A stretch of 63,843 nt of DNA, the filler included, from Reclinomonas americana ATCC 50394 (Eukaryota): assembly GCA_048213135.1 (NCBI GenBank). It is 8 parts of 5 records of this genome, joined end to end, with 100 filler letters (N's around TTAATTAATTAA, not from the genome) between each part and the next. Parts side by side here need not be neighbours in the genome. Positions count along the whole stretch, not along the records: positions 1 to 3,050 come from PS015574.1; positions 3,151 to 10,612 come from PS015574.1; positions 10,713 to 18,840 come from PS015575.1; 5 more parts are not named here. One strand, written 5' to 3'. The translations under genes and the position numbers were made by a program. Positions 1 through 11,726 of the stretch are shown one piece after another. Each line of letters opens with the position of its first letter. Position 1 is the first letter of the stretch. The notes below the pieces were generated by a model, which was not told the DNA's origin, did not search any database, and saw only the letters and a list, made by a program, of their open reading frames with translations.

Positions 1-32
1 CCAAGAGAGAGGCGCGTGCGCATTCTCACTTA

Positions 33-69
<37 letters not shown>

Positions 70-71
70 AG

Positions 72-567
72 GTGTGGTACATGACGTGGTCCACGCCGTT
101 CCAGGAGGGCGCGCAACGTCTGCACAAGGTCTCCATGAAGGAGATCATGAAGACGTCCAACATGGGGTGCGTTTTGCGTGCATTCTTCCGCAGCTCGCTC
201 GCACTCTCACTTTACACACGCGCGCAGTCTGGCCATGGGCTCTGCATCGCTGTGCGGCGCCATCATGTGCATCTGCCTCAACATGCTCTTCCAGCTCACC
301 GAGCCCACCAACCTGTGCCAGTACATGAGCATCGCTTTCCTTGTTGCGTCTCACTCTCTCTGTCTCTCCACTCGCACTCACTCGCGAGACTGACTCGCTG
401 CTTTTTTCCTTTCGCAGGCGTTTGCCGGCTTCAAGCTGTCCAACTTCCCGCACTACGCGTTTGTGCAGGTGCCGCTGCAAATGTACTTTATCGACATGGG
501 TCACGAGTTGCTGCAGAGCCAGCTGATGGCCGTCGGTCTCTTTATGGCTCGAGCCTACATGGCTTGA
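72..567 (+). CDS. DUF1761-like small membrane protein, 5' end outside the window
   Basis: Exons at 72-166, 228-342 and 418-567 splice to VWYMTWSTPFQ...LAMGSASLCGAIMCICLNMLF...YAFVQVPLQMYFIDMGHELLQSQLMAVGLFMARAYMA*. The WY start and the hydrophobic helix pattern resemble DUF1761. Confidence 0.55.
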
Positions 568-765
568 TTCCTCTGTCTCTCTCCCCTTTCTTTCTTTCCC
601 TCCTTCTCTTCCTTCACTGCTCGTTTCTCTTTCTCAAGCACGCAATGAACTACGCAATGGAAGCGAGAAGTCACAGTCGTCCTGCTGTTGTTGTTGTTGT
701 GATGAATGCCGGCGAGTGGGTGCGTTCTCTCTCTCTCTCTCTCCCTCTCTCTTGACTGAGAGGCG

Positions 766-3544
766 ATGCTCATGCGACGTCTGCGCGTAGGGCACTCGGT
801 TGCTGTCGTGGGTGGTCGGGCCTGGCGTGGTACTGACCTCGGTGCTGGCGCTTGTCAACTTGTACGCGCACGACAATGCATGCATCATGCATGCAAAGAA
901 TGCGCGTGTGTGACTCCTTTATGTGTGCGTGTGACTCTGTGCACAGGACGCAGCGTGGACGCGAGGGTGGCGATGATGCGCCTGTTGCTGCGGCGGTGAG
1001 TGATGATGCAGGCAATGTGACGCGACGTACATCGATCGCCGATGCAGGCGACAGCAGCAGCAGCGATCCGTCGTCGCGCTTGTTGGGCGCACTGGGAGGT
1101 CTGTTGGCATGTCGGCGAAAGCTGTCTGCGATCGCGCTTGTTTTTGGCTCAANNNNNNNNNNNNNNNNNNNNNNNNNNNNNNNNNNNNNNNNNNNNNNNN
1201 NNNNNNNNNNNNNNNNNNNNNNNNNNNNNNNNNNNNNNNNNNNNNNNNNNNNNNNNNNNNNNNNNNNNNNNNNNNNNNNNNNNNNNNNNNNNNNNNNNNN
1301 NNNNNNNNNNNNNNNNNNNNNNNNNNNNNNNNNNNNNNNNNNNNNNNNNNNNNNNNNNNNNNNNNNNNNNNNNNNNNNNNNNNNNNNNNNNNNNNNNNNN
1401 NNNNNNNNNNNNNNNNNNNNNNNNNNNNNNNNNNNNNNNNNNNNNNNNNNNNNNNNNNNNNNNNNNNNNNNNNNNNNNNNNNNNNNNNNNNNNNNNNNNN
1501 NNNNNNNNNNNNNNNNNNNNNNNNNNNNNNNNNNNNNNNNNNNNNNNNNNNNNNNNNNNNNNNNNNNNNNNNNNNNNNNNNNNNNNNNNNNNNNNNNNNN
1601 NNNNNNNNNNNNNNNNNNNNNNNNNNNNNNNNNNNNNNNNNNNNNNNNNNNNNNNNNNNNNNNNNNNNNNNNNNNNNNNNNNNNNNNNNNNNNNNNNNNN
1701 NNNNNNNNNNNNNNNNNNNNNNNNNNNNNNNNNNNNNNNNNNNNNNNNNNNNNNNNNNNNNNNNNNNNNNNNNNNNNNNNNNNNNNNNNNNNNNNNNNNN
1801 NNNNNNNNNNNNNNNNNNNNNNNNNNNNNNNNNNNNNNNNNNNNNNNNNNNNNNNNNNNNNNNNNNNNNNNNNNNNNNNNNNNNNNNNNNNNNNNNNNNN
1901 NNNNNNNNNNNNNNNNNNNNNNNNNNNNNNNNNNNNNNNNNNNNNNNNNNNNNNNNNNNNNNNNNNNNNNNNNNNNNNNNNNNNNNNNNNNNNNNNNNNN
2001 NNNNNNNNNNNNNNNNNNNNNNNNNNNNNNNNNNNNNNNNNNNNNNNNNNNNNNNNNNNNNNNNNNNNNNNNNNNNNGCTGACGAAGGCTGCATGCGTGG
2101 CACGTCAGGCGCGCGATACATCCAGCCACAACCACAACAACAACAACACACCAATGTCGCGATCCAGGTAGCCACCGGGCGGCCGGATACGCTCGACTTG
2201 TGCTTGCGGCATCGATTCTCGCACGAGAACATGCCGCTCAGGGGGTTCTGCCCCCATGCTCNNNNNNNNNNNNNNNNNNNNNNNNNNNNNNNNNNNNNNN
2301 NNNNNNNNNNNNNNNNNNNNNNNNNNNNNNNNNNNNNNNNNNNNNNNNNNNNNNNNNNNNNNNNNNNNNNNNNNNNNNNNNNNNNNNNNNNNNNNNNNNN
2401 NNNNNNNNNNNNNNNNNNNNNNNNNNNNNNNNNNNNNNNNNNNNNNNNNNNNNNNNNNNNNNNNNNNNNNNNNNNNNNNNNNNNNNNNNNNNNNNNNNNN
2501 NNNNNNNNNNNNNNNNNNNNNNNNNNNNNNNNNNNNNNNNNNNNNNNNNNNNNNNNNNNNNNNNNNNNNNNNNNNNNNNNNNNNNNNNNNNNNNNNNNNN
2601 NNNNNNNNNNNNNNNNNNNNNNNNNNNNNNNNNNNNNNNNNNNNNNNNNNNNNNNNNNNNNNNNNNNNNNNNNNNNNNNNNNNNNNNNNNNNNNNNNNNN
2701 NNNNNNNNNNNNNNNNNNNNNNNNNNNNNNNNNNNNNNNNNNNNNNNNNNNNNNNNNNNNNNNNNNNNNNNNNNNNNNNNNNNNNNNNNNNNNNNNNNNN
2801 NNNNNNNNNNNNNNNNNNNNNNNNNNNNNNNNNNNNNNNNNNNNNNNNNNNNNNNNNNNNNNNNNNNNNNNNNNNNNNNNNNNNNNNNNNNNNNNNNNNN
2901 NNNNNNNNNNNNNNNNNNNNNNNACGATCGCCGTTGCCGCCACACCACGTAGTAGCTGTCACGTCGGTCCACCTGCTTCATGCGCTTGAAGCGGCGAAAC
3001 GCGTGCATGAGCGGACTCTCGTACACCGACAGCGGCATGTCGGTCTCCCCNNNNNNNNNNNNNNNNNNNNNNNNNNNNNNNNNNNNNNNNNNNNTTAATT
3101 AATTAANNNNNNNNNNNNNNNNNNNNNNNNNNNNNNNNNNNNNNNNNNNNGGTTGGCGAGAAGACGGCAACCGTCGCAGTTGTCGTCGTCGTCGGGAAGC
3201 AGCTTGCCGGCCACGGCGGCGGCACACGATCGGTGCGAGTGACACCAATGTGACACAAAGCGGATCTGTGTTCTCATGCCCCTCCCTCCTTCCCTCACGA
3301 CAGGTCGTCGTACAAGAGCGTATTGCCGCCAGCGAGATCGACTGCCGGTGAGGATGACGGTGAGGACGACGACAGCGACGACGATGAGCAGGAGGTTTGG
3401 TTGATGTACGGACGCGGACCGGTGTTCATGCCGCACGAGGTGCAGCAGCAGCGATCGGCAGACGGGAGAGCTGTCGATATGCGATGGAGGCCACTGGATA
3501 CGGAGATTGATGACGACGACGACGACGACGGTGGTGTTGGGTGA
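766..3544 (+). CDS. Fragmentary hypothetical protein(s) interrupted by N gaps, with an acidic C-terminus
   Basis: Coding-like segments at ~947-1151, 2078-2261, 2925-3050 and 3304-3544 (...EDDDSDDDEQEVWLMYGRGPVFMPHE...*). No recognisable domain, and the pieces may belong to more than one gene. Confidence 0.3.
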
Positions 3545-3573
3545 AAGAGTCCCTCGTTTCTGTTTCATCATCA

Positions 3574-4467
3574 TCATCGCACTCTCAAATCCGCTCTCAC
3601 CACCTCCACCATGGCCGGCGGCAATTCCGCAACGTGCGAGTACCGCGGATGACGACACACCACCTGCACCGACTGCGTGCGCTTCGCATCCAGAAACTCC
3701 TCGCGCAACTCCGGCGTGCGGAACTCAAACGACAAGAAATGCACGGCCGAGGTCCGCACCGCCGACCGCGGATCCTCAAAGTCACTCTTCAACGGCCTCG
3801 CCACCAGCTCGTTCCACGGCTTCTGTCCTCCCCCGAACTGCAGCGCAAAGTGCTCCTCCACGCCGACCAACGAGCGCAACAACACATCGCGCTTGTCCTT
3901 GTCGGCCTCCTGGAACATCCACGTCACCACTGTGGAGGAGGAGGGGTGAGAGGACTGCTGCAGGAGGAGTACAATGGCACAGGCGACATGCCGAGATTGT
4001 TCCCGCCCGGCACCATCTCGCTGTACGTGGCCAGCTCGTCGCGCAGCTGCTCCACGCCGCCCTTCTCAATGTGCACCATTTCGTGCACCTGGAACCACAT
4101 CAGATCGTAGCTGCACGGCATCTCGTTGAGAAGTCTGCGGAGGGCGGTGGGGAGGGGGTGGGGAGAGGCACAAACCACTCAAAGGCCGCCGAGGCCACCG
4201 GACCGACGCGGACTTGTCGCGAATGTCGCAATCCGATCCGCATGCGCAGAAACTCGCCACGCCGGTGCTTCGCGTACTCCTCCATCGCCATGCAGTCCTG
4301 TTCAATCGTCAGCACCAGGTGAGGAGAGAGAGGGAAAGAACGTCCGAGTCTGTGACCGATTCCAACAATCGACTGGTCGTGCTGGCGAGCGTGGACGGCA
4401 TTCGAGGGCCACCGTTCACCATCGTCATCGCGCGACGAATGCCACTGCGTACCAATGATGCAAACAT
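3574..4467 (-). CDS. DUF3501 family protein with a predicted mitochondrial presequence
   Basis: Spliced product MFASLVRSGIRRAMT...SRLLES|DCMAMEEYAKHRRGEFLRMRIGLRHSRQVRVGPVASAAFE...WFQVHEMVHIEKGG...ELATYSEMVPGGNNL|VVTWMF...LVGVEEH...RTSAVHFLSFEF...HPRY. It carries DUF3501 hallmarks (QxxEMxxIE, TSAVHFLxF, HPxY) and three GT-AG introns. Confidence 0.8.
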
Positions 4468-4532
4468 TTTCTGTTTCCGCAGGCGCAGGACACGCGCTGT
4501 CCTCTTGGTCATTGTCGATCGTCATCGCAGCC

Positions 4533-5176
4533 ATGAGCACTCGTGCAGCCTCACAGCAGTGGTGCGTTTGATTCTCCTCCACGCATGTATGCGTGTGTGC
4601 ATCCATCACGCACGCTCTCGTTTCTCTCTCTGTCTCTGCTGTGTCGTGTGAAGTTTTTGCTCGTGCACATGCACATGCGCTCCCCCCACTCACCCTCCCA
4701 CCACGCAGCGTCTTTTGCGCCGAGTGCAACAACCTGCTGCGCTTCTCACTCGGCAGAGCCGGCTTTGTCGAGTGCACCGTGTGTGGCCACGAGACACCGG
4801 TCGCTGGTGAGTCACTCTCACTCTCACACACTCTCTCCCGGCCTCTCAATCGCTGCTGGTGGAGAGCGCAGAGTTTGAGCGACTGGTGATTGTCACGCGC
4901 TCGGCCAAGAACGAGCTGCCGTACTGGGCGCGTGAGGACTATGGCGAGGTGACGGCCGAGCAGCGCAAGTCGGAGCTCGCGCAGGTGGACGAGCCGTGCC
5001 CCGAGTGCGGCAATCCCACGCTGCTCTACTGGACCATGCAGCTGCGCAGTGCTGATGAGGGCTCCACTGTCTTTTATCAGTGCCCCGCTTGCAAGTTGCG
5101 TTCGACGTCGCTTCTTCACTTCTCAGTCGCATGCTCACTCTCGCTATACAGTCACAAGTTTTCGCAAAACAACTGA
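4533..5176 (+). CDS. RPA12: RNA polymerase I subunit RPA12 (two zinc ribbons)
   Basis: N-terminal ribbon FCAECNNLL...CTVC and TFIIS-like C-terminal ribbon CPECGNPTLLYWTMQLRSADEGSTVFYQCPACNHKFSQNN*; three introns. Confidence 0.9.
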
Positions 5177-5419
5177 GGAGGAGAAGCAGGAGAAGAAGAG
5201 ACAGAGGTGCCCCGCTTGCGGTCAGCGCAACACACACACGCCACGAGAACGAAGAAGATGTCGATTGTTGCCGATCTTGCGAACAAGCAGGGTGGCGACA
5301 AGGCAGCGCTTCATCGCGTGCGCTGGCTGGCTGGCGTAGAGCAAGACAGTCACCGACGTCATCGTCGCAGTAAACAACGAACGAACGACGCTGGCAGGAC
5401 GCTGCACTTTTGATCAATC

Positions 5420-6329
5420 ATGTCGGAGAAATCGCTGTTGTTGGTCTCCACCCTCCTCCTCGCGCTCTTCCTCTCCGCGTGCATTGTCGTTGCCACTGGC
5501 GACACCACCTGCTGCTACCCACCGCAGCATCGATACACACAGCTTGAACAGCGCAACGTTGCGACGAGACCCTCACACTTGTCGGCTGTCTCTCTCTCTA
5601 CGCTGACTGCCTTGTGCGTGCGACAGGGAGTGCTTGGTGTGGCAGCCAAGGGCTCGTGCGAGGTCGATGTGCCCACGACCACCCCGTGCATCATCCGTGC
5701 CGACTACAAGGCCATGCGTGTGCTGAGTGAGTGCCAACTCGCCGAGGCCAAGGATGCCGAGTTCGTGTTGCATTATCTGCTCAGTGCCACACAGGTGCGA
5801 CTCTCTCCCTCTCTTCCCCCCTTGTCCCTCCAGTGCACTGACCTCGTGCGCTCTTGTTTCCAAGGGTGTGCGATACCAGTACAACTCGACCGTGTGCGCG
5901 TGCATCACGGTGGAGGCTGATGATCCGATCTTTACGGTGCCGTGCACCTCCGTCGGTTCGCAGTCGCCGCTGCTGGTCGCCCCGCCCAGCACACGTGGAT
6001 ACCTCGTGCAGCAGTCGTCCATGGTTCCCGGCTTTCTCGAGTCGTCGTCGACGCGAATCTTGGCGCTGCTCGACGAGGCGCAGCACTGTGCTCCACTCTC
6101 TGCCTTCCTGCAGGAGCACTGTTGCGTGTGTTCACGCAGCGTCGCTATGCTCATTCTCTCATGCACTCACCGCCTGCGCAAAGACTTGTACCCGAAAATG
6201 ACCCTGGCCTCCACCACCAGCCTGGTGTACACGGATTTTGCCAGCACCCTCACCCCGGACGACCAGCACGCGCTCAACACGCTGCCGTCGACGTGTCCAG
6301 CACCCAGCAAGTGTCAGTCGCCCGCATGA
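5420..6329 (+). CDS. Secreted/lysosomal ependymin-related (EPDR-like) protein
   Basis: Signal peptide MSEKSLLLVSTLLLALFLSACIVVATG, then CCYPPQ, ADYKAMRV, spaced Cys, an N-glycosylation site (NST) and a C-terminal LPSTC. Three introns, with donors at 5558, 5795 and 6121. Confidence 0.55.
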
Positions 6330-6377
6330 GAATTCGCAATGCAGCTCATACAAAGGCATTCATTGGCAGCTGCTGCA

Positions 6378-9300
6378 TTAGTACAGTCGAGACAAGCGGT
6401 AGGCAAACTCCATGAGCCTTCCGCGAGTGGCCACAATGTGCACCTTGTCGCGCACCAATGCCTCTTCGTGCCCGCCTTCGGCAGCCAGACGCTGTCGCTC
6501 GGTGAGCCCAAGCAGCGCATTGACGTCGTCACGCAAGTGAGCCTGCTCGTTGTGCAGTTGTGCCGTGACCTTGTGTACTGCCGGGAACTGGCTCCAGTCG
6601 GAGAGCAACACAAAGGCAATATGACGGAGAATGGCGTGGTGAGCATCGCCGACTGCCTTGTCCGACGGACGCAGGTGCAGAGGCGATCCCGTCAATGTCA
6701 TGGTCTTTACACGCAGCAAATGCGCTCGCCACTGTCACAGCACGGGAGAGTGAGTTGCATAGCGAAGAAAGGAGAGGTGGGTGACTCTCACAACAATTTT
6801 CGCCACCTCCATGGTCTCCTCATGCCAGCTCTCGACAATCGAATTGACCTTGTCGAGATGGAGACCGGCGGCCTCCAAGAAGTGGTCGGGATTGTCGGGA
6901 ACCACACGAAGTGCCGGATTGGTGACAAACTCGACCACCCTACAAGCAAGCAAGCAATCAACGAAAGTGATCTCTCGCACACAGGCTCAGTCAACGAAAC
7001 TGTGATAGGCCGTATCCACCGGATCCACGATGTGCCCAGGCCACACCACCAAACAACCGCACGCGCGTGTCAGCATCGGGATCGGCACCAATGCGCGCCA
7101 GAACCTGCATTCGAAAAGTGAGTGCGCCATTGCAACCAGGAGTCGTGCCATGCAAATCACGCAACATCAGCTACCGAGCGCATGAGCTCAATGAGGTCGA
7201 CGGTGTCGTAATTTCCACGACGAATCTCAAAGCCAAAGCTGCATGCACAAACGCGAGTGAGATGCACACACAAGCCACGCTCAAAGGGAGACACACACAT
7301 ACCGATTCTTGGCACAGTAAATGTCGGACCCGTGGAGACCAATGTGCTTTTGCTGGAAACGTGCAGAAGAGAGAGGCCGCGGGCCCCGACTCGGCTTCGT
7401 CGCCAGTGCATCAATGGCATCGAGGCTGTCGGCAGCGGCAGCAAACAGCGCATCCACATCCGAGTGCGTCCACAGCGTGTTGATGTCGTCGACAATGTTC
7501 TTCTCAAATAACCGCAGGAAGCAGTAGTCGTCCAGATGCACGAGGAAGGCCATCACTTGTTGTACGATCTCTCGCGGCGCAGCCTCCAGCGGGAACGAAA
7601 CGTAACCGTTGAAACCCGAGTCCACGATGCGGTCGCCACACGACACAGTGGCATCTTCCGCCTGCACATACACACGACTGTCGTGAGCGCGCACAACTTG
7701 GGACTGCGGAAACAAACTACCTCTCCACAGGAGCACACACCGACAGCATCTCACTGCCGACCTCGTCCAAGTCCACCGAGTTGCCAGACCTGTCACATCC
7801 ACAAAGCAGTGTCAGGAAACAGAGATGCAAAACAGCAGCTGCTGCTTCTCTCCTCCTCCCACGCAACGCTGCCATCCACGCCAGATCCGAGTCTTCGCTC
7901 TTCATTTGCCGCGACATCCACGGGAAGGCGGCTTCATCGATGCGTCGCTTCAGCAGCATCCACTTTTTCTCCACACGTGAGAAGCGCTCTTCCAACGGCA
8001 ACTTGGCCAACTCCTCAGCAGCTTCGGCCGCATCCGAGACATTGGTGAACCCCAACATATGCTGCGACTCACTCTCCACGGCAAACGCAAACGTCATCGC
8101 GTCACTGCAATCGGCAGCCGGTGTGCTGAGCATCAACCAGCCGGGGCGAATGGCTCGTGACGGGTCACCAGCAATGGTGGTGTCGGCGCCGGCCAGCTCT
8201 TTCCGTCGCTGCCACATGATGAGATGGTCCAGGATGCCTGCTCACGTATGAATGAGCAGAGAGGGCGAGCACAACATCACCGAAGCAGCAGCTCTCACCT
8301 ATCTCGGCAGCCGGTCCAATCAGCTCGTGCCAGTTGCCGCCCCACTCTTCCAGCGTGCGTCCATCGTCTGCCTCACATCGACGCAGCACCTCGACCAGGT
8401 TTTCGTGCCATGCAGTGCCCTCCAGCAGCTCGTGATCAGGTACGTCGAACCGCGAGAACCACGTGTCATCGCTGGCCTCCAGCAGTGGAACCCACAAACG
8501 CGGAAGCGACGGCTGCCACGCAATACACATGAGACGAGAGAAGAATGGCGAAAACGCGAGTGACACACGCTCTACCTGGTCAATTACAGACGCAGCGGTC
8601 TCGTCGACCAGGCGAAACTCAAACGCATGGCCCGGTTCGGAGAGGGCGGGCATGTCGCTCGCAAACAAATGGCCTGGTGCGCCCTCCGATGCCTGGAACG
8701 GATTCAACTGGGTGGCACAAGTGTGAGCGACTTGACACCTAAATAACAGAGAAATGCGGACTTACCTCTACCACATACCACTTGCCGGTGGGTACTGTCA
8801 ACAAGCAGCCGGACAAGTAGGTGAGGAAGCACAAGAAATGACAAAAGGTCGATGATAGCGCACCATGATAGTACAAGTCGCACGTGTACTTGCTGCACTG
8901 CGCACTCAACGTGCACAGACGATCACGCAGGTTGTCGCGGAAGAATGCACGAGCGCCCTCCCCCAACTCCTCCTTCATGTTCTGCACTTGCGGGTACGCC
9001 ACTGGACCGATACCCATCGTGGCCTGCACGTACGTGTTGGTGCGACAAGCCGGCGAACAAGCAGGGGAAACTTTTGTGCGCACATACCAACTGCGACAGG
9101 CCAACCATCTCGCCGTCGACAATGAACGCACGAAACTCGAATGCCGGATCCAGGTCCACCCACTCGCGCAGAATGATACTGACCGGCACCGGGCTCGTGC
9201 ACACCTCCAGCTTGCGCTCCAACTCGGCAGCCTGCATCAACGTGTGCGTGAGAAATGAACACGGAACATAACACATTCGAGAAGAAGCGTCACGGGCGAA

Positions 9301-10201
9301 CCACTGCGACACATTCCGCAGGTGTTAGTCTACGTGACTCGGCACGACACAAGCGATCAGCCAGAAACACACGCAGACAAACCTCGCTCGCTCTTGCACA
9401 ACAGGTGAATGACTTCGGCGCCGCTGCGGCACACCATGAGCTGCGTCTTGGCCCAGATGAGCGCCTGCAGATGCGTGTTGTTCCAACCAAACGTCGCCGT
9501 CTGTCGCACACGAGTGCGGTACTGATCGAGGAAGCGCTCGTGCAGCTTGCCAGAGCGGTCGTCGCCACCCTGCACCGCATCTTTGGGGCTGTAGTCGGTC
9601 AACTTCGCAAAGCAGATCTTGCGCGGCGCAAAATGCGTGCGCAGCGCCTCGTCGATGCGTGCCGCCACCTTGCGCAGCATGGCATGATGCTCCAGAGTGG
9701 CCGCAGGCGCCTCAGGCACACGCCGCCGATGCCGATTGACTTGCAACAGCGCTGCAGCCTCCTCGGTCGACAGCGGGATCTCCACCGTGCTACATGCGCG
9801 GTGGTGTGAGACACGTGCGAACACACGCACACTTCTCTCTCTCTCTCTCTGTTACACAACTCGAAAGTAAAGTCGCGGATGAGCGGCACAAAGGCGGCAG
9901 TGGAGACGCGCGAGAAGGCAGAGTTGAGCTCATCGACAGCGCCGGCGTCGAAGCGCATGGAGGAGCTTCGTGGCCGCGACAGTGACGTCAGCGAGCCCGA
10001 GCTGCCTGCGCTCTTCATCACAGCGGCTGGAGGCAGAGGAGGAGGGCGGTGGTGGAGGTGCTGCACTGCGCCCAACACCGGCTCAGAGGCCGCTGGTTGC
10101 AGCAGTGCGTCGTCATCTCTCGCGGCAGTGACAGTGGCAGTGGGAGCAGCAGATGCCGCGCTGAGTGTCGCACTCAGGTCGTCCTGTGCGTGTGAGCTCA
10201 T
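6378..10201 (-). CDS. CDC123/D123-like (R2K clade) ATP-grasp protein with a long unknown C-terminal extension
   Basis: Motifs CFAKLTDYSPKDA, LLCKSER, IILREWVDLDPAFEFRAFIVDGEMVGLSQ and WYVVE|LNPF are typical of D123. Minus-strand exons appear to continue to the stop at 6378. Confidence 0.75.
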
Positions 10202-10224
10202 GATGCACGCGTGTGATCGATTTG

Positions 10225-10571
10225 ATGAGTCACTTCTCTTGCATGAGGTTTGTGTGTGCACACTGCGGCACCCCTCTCCCTCCTCTCCCTTCCCCGTGTG
10301 TTCGCTAACGATCGGGGGGGCGAGTTGCAGTGGCGCGGGAGGCTCCACGCGAAGAGAGCGTGTAATTGGTGTGGAGTTCACCGAGTTCCACCCAGACGAT
10401 GCGAGTGTGCCAGTGGAGGCCGTGATCACTCGCGTGGTGGGCGACACGAGCAGCACCGCCACTGTGCGGCTCTTTGTGGTGGCCAGGACAGGGGAGGGAG
10501 AGGAGGTGTTGAGTTTGGACAAGGAGGCACTGGATCGCGTCAGTGCTGCGTATTTTGAGTTGGCCAGCACG
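10225..10571 (+). CDS. Hypothetical protein, N-terminal exons (truncated by gap)
   Basis: ATG at 10225, intron gtttgt...ttgcag, then exon GAGGSTRRERVIGVEFTEFHPDD...AAYFELAST ending at a gtgaga donor. Confidence 0.4.
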
Positions 10572-10725
10572 GTGAGAGTGTGCCCCCCCCCCCCGCCCTC
10601 TCTCTCTCTCTCNNNNNNNNNNNNNNNNNNNNNNNNNNNNNNNNNNNNNNNNNNNNTTAATTAATTAANNNNNNNNNNNNNNNNNNNNNNNNNNNNNNNN
10701 NNNNNNNNNNNNCACACACCCGCAG

Positions 10726-11653
10726 CATCGACGCTGGAAGCGTTGCGCTATATCCCACCCAGTGTCTACGTGGAGAAGAAGAAGGCTCTCGAGGCCGGCA
10801 TCGAGTTGCGTCGTCTCCTCTTTGCCGAGGGAAACAAACGTGTGTTGTTGACCTGACCGCCTACCGTGCGAGCAGATGGTCGTCAGCCTACTTCCGCGTT
10901 CCGGGGAGCATGAAGGTCGGCTGCCCCGAGTATCACGCCATGCTGGCCAAGGATGCGACCGAGGCTGGTGACTTCCCCGTCGGTGTGTTCTCGGTGGTGC
11001 ATGCAGTGTTGATCATCGTCATCGTCGTCATCATCATTCCCGCCTTTCTGCCGTCGCAGCTGCGTCGCACTTTATCCGCTGCTCTGCGGCCGACGCGTTT
11101 GCCGACATGTTGATCTCGTGGGCGTCGGTCGGCAAGCCAGAGGAGATTGACTTGTTTTTGGCGCGTGCAGTCATGCAGTTGCGCGCAGCAGGAGGAGATA
11201 ATGTCACTGCTTTGCTCTCAGTCCTCATTCGATTTGCAGGTCGTTTTGTGTCAGCAAGGACGCACCGGCATTGGCGCTGGTGAAGGAGTTTGTCGAGAAG
11301 AGCCACATGAGCGATGCACCGCTCATCCACTTTTCCGAGTTTCTGTGTCACGCGGTGGCCTCGGGCGACGCCCGTGCGTTCAACTTCCTGGTTTCGCAGT
11401 ACAGAAAGTCGCTGGATCGCGATCCGGCATTCAGTCAGCTGCTGCAGGAAATCACACGTGTGTGCTTCCCCGATTCACTCGAGGCTCGGCGAGCGGCACC
11501 GGTACGCTGCTTTTCCCCCTCGCTCCACTCTCGTCACACATCCTTGTCTCACTCGCCAGCGCTGCTTTGCAGTCACAAGACCTGTTTTCGACCATCTTGT
11601 CCAGTGTTATGGGTGGCGGCGCAGGTGGCCTCAGCGCTCTCTTCCCTCAATGA
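10726..11653 (+). CDS. GET4: GET4 (Golgi-to-ER traffic protein 4, tail-anchored protein pathway), 5' partial
   Basis: ALEAGIEWS, GCPEYHAMLA, ASHFIR, EEIDLFLARAVMQ, PLIHF, FNFLVSQYRKSLDRDP and a C-terminal DLFSTILSSVMGG match GET4 motifs. Confidence 0.85.
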
Positions 11654-11726
11654 GTCTCCTCCTCGGTATAATCGTGCAATTCAACAACAGTGCGTCTGCA
11701 TTAGCGTCTTTTCTCTCTACAATCCA

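Noticed and set aside
852..3098. Long ORFs made mostly of X (also 16660-18896, 25146-26544, 48782-50178, 52557-54194)
   Set aside because: Artefacts of translating through N gaps.
3095..3106. TTAATTAATTAA palindrome between N runs (also ~10657, 18885, 40220, 41665, 57549, 62785)
   Set aside because: Identical motif always embedded in fixed-length N padding: an artificial six-frame-stop scaffold linker, not a biological site.
3574..4467. Bacterial contamination as the explanation for DUF3501
   Set aside because: The gene has spliceosomal introns and is contiguous with eukaryotic RPA12 with no gap.
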